The notes under the pieces are model-generated. The model was not told the DNA's origin. It made no database searches and saw nothing but the letters and a program-made list of their open reading frames with translations. Shown here one piece after another: positions 38,256-46,389 of a stretch of 64,000 bases of DNA; the stretch's first letter is position 1; each line of letters opens with the position of its first letter. Origin of the DNA: Spirochaetia bacterium (GTDB lineage Bacteria; Spirochaetota; Spirochaetia; SZUA-6; Bin103). A program made the position numbers and the translations under genes. The stretch lies in assembly GCA_965208575.1 (NCBI GenBank), contig CBDBOV010000006.1:704001-768000 (forward strand). The letters run 5' to 3'.

Positions 38256-40025
38256 TCAGCCGCGGTCGATCCAGAGGCGGGCGAACACCGCGTTGGTCTG
38301 GCCGTTGCCGAGGAAGGTGTCGCCGCTGAACCCCCGCACCCAGGGCTGAGCGACGTTGAAGGAAGGCGCACTCGGCCCCCAGGTGTACCAGTGCTGCCCG
38401 ATCAGCCGGTAGTCGGCCTGGCGGACCGCCTCCTTGCGCTCATCGAGCGTGACGGCGGCGCGGGCCTTCGCCAGCCACTCGTTGTACACCGGGTCATCCA
38501 CCTGGCCGCGGTTCCAGCGGTGCCCCGGCTCCTGCCACTGCAGCGCGCCGAGCGGGTCGGACGACGTGCCCAACACGGCGGGCGACAGGCCGTGCAGCCG
38601 CCCGGCGCCGAGCAGGGCGACCCAGCGCCGGCCGGGTACGACATTGACCTCCACCCGCACTCCGACCGCGCGCCAGTGCTCCAGCGCCATCCGCTGGTAT
38701 TCGCCGATTTCATCCCACGCCGGCCACTGCAAGGGGACCGTGAACCGCACGCCGTCGGCGCCGCGCGGGTAGCCCGCCTCGTCGAGCAGCGCCTCCGCCG
38801 CGGCCGGATCGTAGCCGTAGGCGCGCTGCAGATCGGCCGGCCACTGTTCATAGGGCACGATGTAGCCGGACAGCGAGCGTCCGATCACCCCCTGCGGGGT
38901 GGTCAGCGCGTGTCCCTGGTAGACGGTCGCGGCAATCGTTTCGTTGTCCAGCGCCATCTGCATGGCGCGGCGCACGCGGACGTCGTCGAACGGCTCATCC
39001 TGCACGTACATCGCGAACACCTGGTCGGAGCGGACGTGGTGGCGGTGCGCCTGCAACTCGGGATTGGTGCGCAGCAGGTCCGCCGCCTCGTCGAACCACT
39101 GCAGCGCCGTCGCCACGTTGGCGCCGGCGTAGTCCACGCGGCCGGCGCGCAGCGCAGCGAGCCGGGTGGCCGGCTCCGGCATGACCACGATCCTGATCTC
39201 GTCGACGTAGGGCAGCCGGTGTTCGGGATACTTCTCGTCGGTGCCCCAGTACGCTGGATTGCGCCGGTAGCTGAGCGATTCGCCCGCGACCCACTCGCTG
39301 AGGATGAACGGGCCGGTGCCGACAAGGTTGCGCCAGTCGGCCACGTCCCCCGCCGCCGCGATCACCTCCGGCGGCAGGATGAAGCCGTATGCGTCGTCCA
39401 GAAGGATCGGCAGCGCTTCGGGGTGTGGCTCCGCCAATTCGACGTGGACCTCGTTGCCGCGCGCCTCCAGGGTCGTGAACGCGAGCTGCCGGATGCGGCC
39501 GGTGTTGGGCGGCGGCTCGTCGAACGGACCGGTGCCGGTCAGCCGCTGGAAGTTGAACACCACGTCCTCGGCGGTGAGTGGACGGCCGTGCATCGGCTCC
39601 TTGTCGTGCCAGGTCACGCCGTCACGGATGGAGAACCGGTAGGTGGTGCCGTCGACCACCTCCCAGTACTGCGCCAGTGCGCCGGTGTAGTGGGCAACGT
39701 CGAGATAGGGGGTGGCCAGCGGATTGATACCGCGGTCGATGGCCCAGTTGCCGATACCCAGCTTCTCCACCACGCCCGAGTTGGCCGCGCCGGCCGCCGC
39801 GCCGCCGATCGCCTGGTCGGTGTTGGGCATCTCGGCGGCGCTGGCGGCGGTCAGCGTACCGCCGTAGCGCGGCGCCGGCACCTCGCGGCCGGTAGCCGGG
39901 TCGATCACCATGGCCGGCACCGGCGCGCTGCCCGCGCTTCCCTCGCCGGCCGCCGAAGCGCCGCACACCGCGAGCGCCACGCCAGCCACGACCGCCACAA
40001 ACGCCGGTCGCGCTCTGATTGCCAT
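38256..40025 (-). CDS. ABC substrate-binding protein, family 5 (tandem paralog)
   Basis: Colinear with the neighbouring gene (NSGVVEKLGI.NW.IDR.INPL, SxQVFAMYVQD.PFDD). Confidence 0.92.
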   Translation of the reverse strand: MAIRARPAFVAVVAGVALAVCGASAAGEGSAGSAPVPAMVIDPATGREVPAPRYGGTLTAASAAEMPNTDQAIGGAAAGAANSGVVEKLGIGNWAIDRGINPLATPYLDVAHYTGALAQYWEVVDGTTYRFSIRDGVTWHDKEPMHGRPLTAEDVVFNFQRLTGTGPFDEPPPNTGRIRQLAFTTLEARGNEVHVELAEPHPEALPILLDDAYGFILPPEVIAAAGDVADWRNLVGTGPFILSEWVAGESLSYRRNPAYWGTDEKYPEHRLPYVDEIRIVVMPEPATRLAALRAGRVDYAGANVATALQWFDEAADLLRTNPELQAHRHHVRSDQVFAMYVQDEPFDDVRVRRAMQMALDNETIAATVYQGHALTTPQGVIGRSLSGYIVPYEQWPADLQRAYGYDPAAAEALLDEAGYPRGADGVRFTVPLQWPAWDEIGEYQRMALEHWRAVGVRVEVNVVPGRRWVALLGAGRLHGLSPAVLGTSSDPLGALQWQEPGHRWNRGQVDDPVYNEWLAKARAAVTLDERKEAVRQADYRLIGQHWYTWGPSAPSFNVAQPWVRGFSGDTFLGNGQTNAVFARLWIDRG

Positions 40026-40278
40026 CGATGGGCACCACCTTGCTCTCGGGAATTCCCATGCCGCCCGGCACGGACTCCGGCACCCTATCGAGGCGCCGTA
40101 CCGCGGTCAAGAATCGGTACCGCCCACCACCGCCGTGGGTTACCGAACATACCGTCGGGTGAGTGTCCCCCGGGGATGGACGGCGACCGGCGCGTCGAGA
40201 GGTCAGGTCAGCAGGCAAGCGGTTGCGCCGGCTCCGGCGGCCCGCCAATCGGAGCTGCCCGTCAGGTCCGGGCTCGGG

Positions 40279-41247
40279 CTACACCGGGTTCGCGGGCGCC
40301 TCCGCCTCCGGGACCCAGTTGCCGGCCACGTAGACGGGGCGGTACAAGGAGCGGCGCTTGGGCGGCATGTCGGCGAGCACCGCGGCCGGCGGGTCCCAGT
40401 TGTGCCACTTGGCGTGGATGGAGTTGTAGCAATTGAATACGGCAACGCGCGGGCGGTCGGGGTTGCGCCACGGCTGGCCGCTGTGGGTCAGCGCCTCGGT
40501 GAACATCAGCACCGAGCCGGCCGGGCACGCACAGGTCTCCCACAGGGACGAGTCGGCGGTGAAGATCTCTTCCGGCGCCGGGTAGGCGGCCTTGTGGCTG
40601 CCGGACAGCAGCAGCGTGCCGCCGTCGTCGCGCCCCACCTCGTTCAGCTCCCACACGACGCGGGTCATGCCGGCGTAGGCATGCCCGGGGAACGCCTGGT
40701 AGTGGTGGCAGTCGCCGGGCAGACGCATCATGCCGTTGCCGTTATGGGGCGAGAACGTACCGTCGCCCTGGGCGCCGCGCCGGCCGCCGCCGGACCGGCG
40801 TACCGTGACGAAACTGTGCTCCTGGCGGAAGCCGTAGCCGGCGTCGTTCTCCAGCGACCCGCCGCCGCCGTCGGTGAACGGACGGTAGATGAACTCCTGC
40901 GCGAACCCAATCACCACCGGGTGGTCGGTCAGCCGCTGCAGCGGGCCGCCCACCGAAGAGCGCCGGTGCTCCGGGATCGACTCCGGCGCCGCCGCCAGCC
41001 GCAGCACGAACTCGCGCATCTCCTCGATCTCGGCGGCGTCCAGCACGCCGGGAATCGCCAGCCAGCCCTTGGTGTCGAAGTGGTACTTCTGCGCCGCCGT
41101 CAGCGGCACCACCGGGCGGCCCTCCGCATCGGTGGCCGCGAAACGCGCCGCGTCGGTCATCATCGGCGCACCCATGTCCTTGTCCAGCACGAACGCCCGC
41201 TGCGCCCCCTCGGCCAGCCGCTCGCGCGCCGATCTGCGTTCCATCAT
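40279..41247 (-). CDS. Phytanoyl-CoA dioxygenase (PhyH)-like protein
   Basis: QKYHFDTKGWLAIPGVL, VVWELN...GGTLLLSGSHK, AGSVLMFTEALTHSG, R-x-AVFNCY. Confidence 0.8.
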   Translation of the reverse strand: MMERRSARERLAEGAQRAFVLDKDMGAPMMTDAARFAATDAEGRPVVPLTAAQKYHFDTKGWLAIPGVLDAAEIEEMREFVLRLAAAPESIPEHRRSSVGGPLQRLTDHPVVIGFAQEFIYRPFTDGGGGSLENDAGYGFRQEHSFVTVRRSGGGRRGAQGDGTFSPHNGNGMMRLPGDCHHYQAFPGHAYAGMTRVVWELNEVGRDDGGTLLLSGSHKAAYPAPEEIFTADSSLWETCACPAGSVLMFTEALTHSGQPWRNPDRPRVAVFNCYNSIHAKWHNWDPPAAVLADMPPKRRSLYRPVYVAGNWVPEAEAPANPV

Positions 41248-41355
41248 GCCTCCAAGTGTAGTAACCACGCCACCACTTCGCCAGAGCCCGCAGCCTGCCG
41301 CGCATCTCCCGTAAGGTTGACAATCTTCTCCACCACCGTTACCATTCGGAGCGCC

Positions 41356-42390
41356 ATGGCAGGCACCCGGCAACGAGGCAGGCTGATCCGGCGCTACCTC
41401 GCCGAGAGGATCGACTCCGGTTCGCAAGACGTTGTTCGGGAGACAACGCGCGAGTTCGGTATTTCCCGTCAAGCGGTCAACAAGCACATACGCCGCTTGG
41501 TAGACGATGGGCACGTAGAGGTGCGGGGAGCCAGTCGGAGCCGCCGCTACTCGCTGTCGATCATTGATCGCCAGACCACGGCATTGAGCCTTGGCAAGCA
41601 GCTCAATGAAAACCTGGTGTGGCGACGTCAGGTCGCACCTCTCCTTCCTGACCTCGCCACAAACGCGATCGACATCTGGGCTTACAGCTTCCAGGAAATG
41701 CTGAACAACGCGATCGATCACTCGTCAGGCACGAACGTCGCCGTCGACATCGAGCGCACAACTACATCTACGGAGATGACGATTCTGGATGACGGATACG
41801 GGATCTTCAGGAAGATCAAGGAAGCCCTGGAACTTGAAGACGAACGCCACGCGGTATTCGAATTGACCAAGGGCAAGTTGACGACCGATCCCGACAACCA
41901 CACCGGCGAAGGCATATTCTTCACGTCTCGAATGTTCGATGAATTCTCCATCGACTCCGGCAGCGTGTACCTGTCTCACCGGAGCCCGACAGAAGAGTAC
42001 TGGGTGTTCGACAACGACGAATTCGTCACCGGCACTCGGGTACGCATGAAATTGTCGAATGATACCGCCAGAACCTCGAAAGAAGTATTCGACGCATTCA
42101 CGGGAGACGACGACTACGCGTTCACCAAGACGGTGGTCCCGGTCGATCTGGCGAGATACGGCAACGATGCGTTGATTTCGCGTTCACAGGCGAGACGTGT
42201 CCTGGCGCGCCTCGACCGGTTCAACACTGTTGTGCTCAACTTCAAGAACGTCGACCGGGTGGGTCAGGGCTTCGCCGACCAGGTGTTCCGGGTATTCGCA
42301 CGCGCCCATCCCGAAATCGCGCTCATTCCCATCAACGCCGATCCGCAGGTCATGTCGATGATCAAACGGGCCAACTCCCGCATCTGGTAG
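41356..42390 (+). CDS. wHTH + HATPase_c-like + STAS-like (DUF4325-type) protein
   Basis: FGISRQAVNKHIRRLV; EMLNNAIDHS, DDGYGI, GEGIFF; ISRSQARR...VVLNFKNVDRVGQGFADQVF. Confidence 0.8.
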   Translation: MAGTRQRGRLIRRYLAERIDSGSQDVVRETTREFGISRQAVNKHIRRLVDDGHVEVRGASRSRRYSLSIIDRQTTALSLGKQLNENLVWRRQVAPLLPDLATNAIDIWAYSFQEMLNNAIDHSSGTNVAVDIERTTTSTEMTILDDGYGIFRKIKEALELEDERHAVFELTKGKLTTDPDNHTGEGIFFTSRMFDEFSIDSGSVYLSHRSPTEEYWVFDNDEFVTGTRVRMKLSNDTARTSKEVFDAFTGDDDYAFTKTVVPVDLARYGNDALISRSQARRVLARLDRFNTVVLNFKNVDRVGQGFADQVFRVFARAHPEIALIPINADPQVMSMIKRANSRIW

Positions 42391-42444
42391 CCGCCCTCCC
42401 CCGCCCGCTACAGCGTCGACCGCGCGAACGGCACTGGCCGGCTG

Positions 42445-43509
42445 CTAGCGGGGCGGTGCGCCGCCGTAGCGGAGGCCGGTGGGGACGACGTCGGTTTCGC
42501 GGCCGGCGCGGATGGCGAGGGCGGCGTCGAACGTGCTCCAGAAGTCGTGGTCCGGCGTGTAGCCGAGCAGCTCGCGCACCTTGGTGTGGTCGAACTCGAA
42601 GTAGTTGGGCGACGGCATGCGCACGTCGGCGTAGCCGACCCCGAGGCGCTCGGCCAGGGCCGGCACCAGCTCCTCCCACACGGTGAGCAGGCCGCCCACC
42701 GTGAACGCCTCGCCCACGGCGGCGTCGGCGTCCAGTGCCAGCGCCAGCCCCTTGGCGATGTCGCGCACGTCGGCCCACTCCTGCTTGAAGGTGCGCCGGT
42801 CGGGACAGCGGCTGATCAGCAGGCGCTTGCCCGCATCCCAGGCCGTATCGAGCTCGCGAAGGGCATCGCGTGCCGCCGGCGACGGATCGGCCTGCGCCCG
42901 CAGCCGCTCGCGCGTCCCGCGCAGGCTCCAGTGCAGCGGAATGCCCTCCTCGTCGAGCAGCTCGCTCGGCTCGAGCACCGTGGTGAAGCGGCACACCACG
43001 GTTGGCACCCCGTACTGGTAGTGGTAGTTCATGCACAGCTCCTCGCCGATCCACTTGGTCAGAAAGTAGGGCATCAGCTTGCTGTGGCTCACCTCGTCCT
43101 CGCGGATCGGGCGCTCGAACAGGCGCCCGTCATCCTCCGTGCGCCAGTACACCGCCTCCGTGCAGGCGTACACCAGGCGGTGCAGGTGCGGCGCGTGGGC
43201 GCGGATCGCCTCCAGCACGTGGATGGTTCCGAGCCCGTTGATCTGCAGGTACTCGACGTTGTCGTGCGGCGAGGCGAACGCGGCGGCGATGTGGTACACG
43301 GCGTCCACCCCCTTGACCGCCCGCTGCACGGCGGCGTAGTCGCGCAGGTCGCCCTCCACCAGTTCGACGTTCGCGAAGCCGTCCAGCTTGTGCGCCCGGC
43401 TGGCATCGCCCGGGAACACGAAGCCGCGAATCTGGTGCCCCTGCCCGAGCAGCCGGCGCACCAGGTTGCCGCCGATGCGCCCATTGGAACCGGTAACCAG
43501 AATCTTCAT
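42445..43509 (-). CDS. NAD-dependent epimerase/dehydratase family protein
   Basis: MKILVTGSNGRIG, VYHIAA, YFLTK (YxxxK), DVRDIAKG. Confidence 0.88.
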   Translation of the reverse strand: MKILVTGSNGRIGGNLVRRLLGQGHQIRGFVFPGDASRAHKLDGFANVELVEGDLRDYAAVQRAVKGVDAVYHIAAAFASPHDNVEYLQINGLGTIHVLEAIRAHAPHLHRLVYACTEAVYWRTEDDGRLFERPIREDEVSHSKLMPYFLTKWIGEELCMNYHYQYGVPTVVCRFTTVLEPSELLDEEGIPLHWSLRGTRERLRAQADPSPAARDALRELDTAWDAGKRLLISRCPDRRTFKQEWADVRDIAKGLALALDADAAVGEAFTVGGLLTVWEELVPALAERLGVGYADVRMPSPNYFEFDHTKVRELLGYTPDHDFWSTFDAALAIRAGRETDVVPTGLRYGGAPPR

Positions 43510-43513
43510 TGTT

Positions 43514-44662
43514 CTATGCCTCCACGCGGTAGCCGCCGCCGGCGCGCACGCCGCGCTCGATCAGTTCCGGCTCCAGGTCGAAGCCGGTGCCGGGGGTGTC
43601 CGGCACCAGCAGCTTGCCGTCGCGCAGTTCCCAGCCGTCCAGCAGCACGCCCTCGGTGTCGGCCGGCGCCGCCTCCTGCACGGCGAAGTTGGGCACCGAC
43701 GCCGCGAAGTGGGCGTGCGCGTAGCGCTCGATGATCGAGCCCCAGCAGTGGGGGGCGCAGCGCGCGCCCCACGTCTCGATGCGCGCCGCGGTGGCCTTCC
43801 ACCAGGTCAGCCCCATGGCGCGAAAGTCGTGCTGCACCACGTCGATGTCTCCCGCCTTCACCATGTCGAAGAACGTGGGCGGCGGCGGCCCCGACTCTCC
43901 GTCCGCCACCAGGGTCGCGTAGCCGCGCTCGCGAATGAACTGCTTCAGGTCGGCGTTGAGCGCCGGGTCCTCCCCGAACGGCTCCTCGAACCAGTAGAGG
44001 CCGGCATCGGCGCACGCGTCCAGGGTATCCTTGGTGCTGTTCAGGGTGCCGCCGTTATTGGCGTCCACCAGGATCTTGGCGTCCGCGCCGGCCGCCTCGC
44101 GCACGGCGTGGATCACCAGCACGTCGCGTTCCAGGCCGGCGGCGGTAGGCATCCAGCGCGCCCCGCGGCCGATCTTGATCTTGAAGTTGCGGTAGCCAAA
44201 GCGGTAGCCGGTCGCCACCTCTTCGCGGAAGATCTCGCGGGCCGCCTCGTCGTCGGCATCCAGGTCGTCGATATACACCGAACCGTCGTACAACTCGACC
44301 GCACGGTTGCCGCGCGCCCCGAGCAGCCGGTACAGCGGCACCCCTTCCAGCTTCGCGGCGAGGTCCCACAGTGGCAGGTCGATCGCCGCGCCCCCCGCCG
44401 GCGATCCGGTCGGCAGCGTGCCGGTCGGCAGCCGAAACAACTCCCCGAGGCGGCGCCCCACCAGCGCCTCGGCGCCATCCCGCTCCAGCCGCGCCCAGCC
44501 GACGCCGACCGCGCCGCTCGCGGTGTGCACGCGCACCACCGGGTCCTGCACCACGGTGCCGTGCGCACCGCTGCGGGCGTTGCAGCCGATGTCGCGCGGC
44601 CGCGGGCTGTGCAACTCGATGCGTTCGATCCGGCAAATCCGCTCGCGCGAGATGTCGCTCAT
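43514..44662 (-). CDS. Mandelate racemase/enolase-superfamily enzyme
   Basis: AIDLPLWDLAAK...PLYRLLG, FKIKIGRG, LVDANN, WFEEPF, ADGE, PHCWG, PGTG. Confidence 0.88.
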   Translation of the reverse strand: MSDISRERICRIERIELHSPRPRDIGCNARSGAHGTVVQDPVVRVHTASGAVGVGWARLERDGAEALVGRRLGELFRLPTGTLPTGSPAGGAAIDLPLWDLAAKLEGVPLYRLLGARGNRAVELYDGSVYIDDLDADDEAAREIFREEVATGYRFGYRNFKIKIGRGARWMPTAAGLERDVLVIHAVREAAGADAKILVDANNGGTLNSTKDTLDACADAGLYWFEEPFGEDPALNADLKQFIRERGYATLVADGESGPPPPTFFDMVKAGDIDVVQHDFRAMGLTWWKATAARIETWGARCAPHCWGSIIERYAHAHFAASVPNFAVQEAAPADTEGVLLDGWELRDGKLLVPDTPGTGFDLEPELIERGVRAGGGYRVEA

Positions 44663-44904
44663 CCGGTAGCCCTCCCCTGCGTTGCGCGGCAGCGTGCGTC
44701 GAAGCACCGCAGAAGCGCAACCCCCGCCTCATAGCGTGGTCGGCGCGACAACGGACTTCGCGCACGATGCGTGGCAGATGATCGGGCGCGGGCAGCGGGC
44801 GGCGGTCACCATCTCCGCGTGCCCGCTGAAGCGGCAGTGAGCTGGTCCCGGAAAAACGGACGGTATGGTAGAGTGTATCCAAGGCCACGAGGAGGGCCAG
44901 CAAG

Positions 44905-45189
44905 ATGGCGACGAAGAGGCGTCGGTTCACAGCGGAGTTCAAGGCGAAGGTAGTGATGGAGGCGCTGCGGGGAGACCGTACGATCCAGGCGATCGCGGCC
45001 AAGCACGAAATACATCCGAACCAGATCAGCAGTTGGAAGCGGCAGGCTCAGACCGGTCTGCGGGACCTGTTCGCCGACGGCCGGAGCCGGCGGCAGAAGG
45101 AGCACGATGAGACCATTCACGACCTGCATGCCAAGATCGGGGAGTTGACCGTGGAGCGCGATTTTTTAGCACGCGGGCTCGGGCGCTGA
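44905..45189 (+). CDS. IS3 transposase OrfA (HTH)
   Basis: RRRFTAEFKAKVV...IAAKHEIHPNQISSWK...IGELTVERDFL. Confidence 0.92.
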   Translation: MATKRRRFTAEFKAKVVMEALRGDRTIQAIAAKHEIHPNQISSWKRQAQTGLRDLFADGRSRRQKEHDETIHDLHAKIGELTVERDFLARGLGR

Positions 45190-45205
45190 GCCGGGCCGAG
45201 CGACG
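45162..45205 (+). other. Programmed -1 frameshift signal
   Basis: T-TTT-TTA heptamer in the OrfA frame (45162-45168), upstream GGAG, downstream GCTCGG/CTGAGC/CCGAGC pairing. The -1 frame is open into OrfB. Confidence 0.75.
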
Positions 45206-45209
45206 AGAG

Positions 45210-46046
45210 ATGATCGACCGCGAGCACGACCGTCTGAGCATCAGCCGGCAGTGCCGCCTGATCGGGCTGAACCGGTCGACGCTGTACTACCGAGCGGTGG
45301 GCGAGAGCGCTGACACGCTCGCGTTGATGCGCCGCATCGACGAACTTTATCTGGAATGTCCGTTCTACGGCAGCCGGCAGATGATGCGCCATCTGGCACG
45401 CGAGGGAAAGCGGGTCGGTCGGCACCGGGTGCGGCGGCTGATGCGGCTGTTGGGGCTGGAGGCGATCTACCGCAAGCCACGCACCAGCGTCGCGCACCCG
45501 GACCATCGGGTGTATCCGTATCTGCTGCGAGGGCTTACGATTGAGCGCCCGAACCAGGTGTGGTGCGCGGACTTGACCTACATCCCGGTGCAGGGAGGAT
45601 TTCTGTACCTGGTGGCGATCATGGACTGGGCGAGCCGGCGGGTGTTGGCCTGGCGGCTGTCCAACACGATGGACACCTCCTTCTGCCTGGAGGCGTTGGC
45701 GGACGCTCTGGAAGACTTCGGCATTCCCGAGATCTTCAACACCGATCAGGGCAGCCAGTTCACCAGCATCGCGTTCACCGGCCAGTTGGAGGCGACCGGG
45801 ATACGGTGCTCGATGGACGGGCGCGGTCGTTGTCTGGATAACGTATTCATCGAACGGTTGTGGCGCTCGCTGAAGTACGAGTCGGTATACCTGCACGATT
45901 TGGAGGATGGCTTCGAGGCGCAGCGGGTGATCGACGGGTGGATGGCATTCTACAACGAGACCCGACCACACTCGGCGCTCGGCGGGCGTACGCCCGCGGA
46001 AGCGTACCGCGACGGGGTGGCGGAACAACAGCAGGAGGTGGCGTAG
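45210..46046 (+). CDS. IS3 transposase OrfB (DDE/rve)
   Basis: WCADLTYI, FNTDQGSQFTS, DNVFIERLWRSLKYE, YNETRPHSALGGRTP. Confidence 0.95.
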   Translation: MIDREHDRLSISRQCRLIGLNRSTLYYRAVGESADTLALMRRIDELYLECPFYGSRQMMRHLAREGKRVGRHRVRRLMRLLGLEAIYRKPRTSVAHPDHRVYPYLLRGLTIERPNQVWCADLTYIPVQGGFLYLVAIMDWASRRVLAWRLSNTMDTSFCLEALADALEDFGIPEIFNTDQGSQFTSIAFTGQLEATGIRCSMDGRGRCLDNVFIERLWRSLKYESVYLHDLEDGFEAQRVIDGWMAFYNETRPHSALGGRTPAEAYRDGVAEQQQEVA

Positions 46047-46211
46047 CGAACAGGAACGGCAGGCGGTTGGCATGGGGTGCAAGGGCATCCGAGGACCAAC
46101 GGGAGCGCGAGCAGTGGGGACGAAGTATCCACATATCCACAGGCTCGCTCACCCCCTCCCCGGACCCCACCCCCATTACCGCCGCCTGATCATCTCGACC
46201 AGGAGGGTGGG

Positions 46212-46240
46212 TTGACAACGAACGAGATGCACTCTACAAT
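46212..46240 (+). promoter_or_regulatory. Outward-facing sigma70 promoter in the IS right end
   Basis: TTGACA (46212), 17-bp spacer, TACAAT (46235). Confidence 0.8.
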
Positions 46241-46324
46241 ATCCCATCCACTGTCCAACCTATCGGGTCCACGTCAGCAGCGAGAGAATCCCCGTTACAG
46301 GAGGTAGAACATCAGGCGCCGCCG

Positions 46325-46353
46325 GTGACACCGGACGCGGCAGAGGATAGAAT
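46325..46353 (+). promoter_or_regulatory. Putative native promoter of the repeat-protein gene
   Basis: GTGACA, 17-bp spacer, TAGAAT. Confidence 0.6.
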
Positions 46354-46389
46354 CGCAGCCGGGAGCGGAGGGCGTCGGAAGAGGTGTAC

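Larger units (their letters stand above)
44838..46276 (+). mobile_element. Complete IS3-family insertion sequence (1439 bp)
   Basis: TG...CA ends; IRL TGAGCTGGTCCCGGAAAAACGGACGGT versus reverse-complemented IRR TGACGTGGACCCGATAGGTTGGACAGT; GCAG duplicated at 44834-44837 and 46277-46280. Confidence 0.92.

Noticed and set aside
36492-40436. Very long antisense ORFs (e.g. 36492-40436 +, 8551-11916 +, 22321-24990 -)
   Set aside because: Shadow frames of real high-GC genes on the opposite strand; no recognisable motifs.
46125-46141. DnaA-box-like pair as a replication origin
   Set aside because: Only two imperfect boxes, inside an IS, with no AT-rich unwinding element and no dnaA/dnaN nearby.
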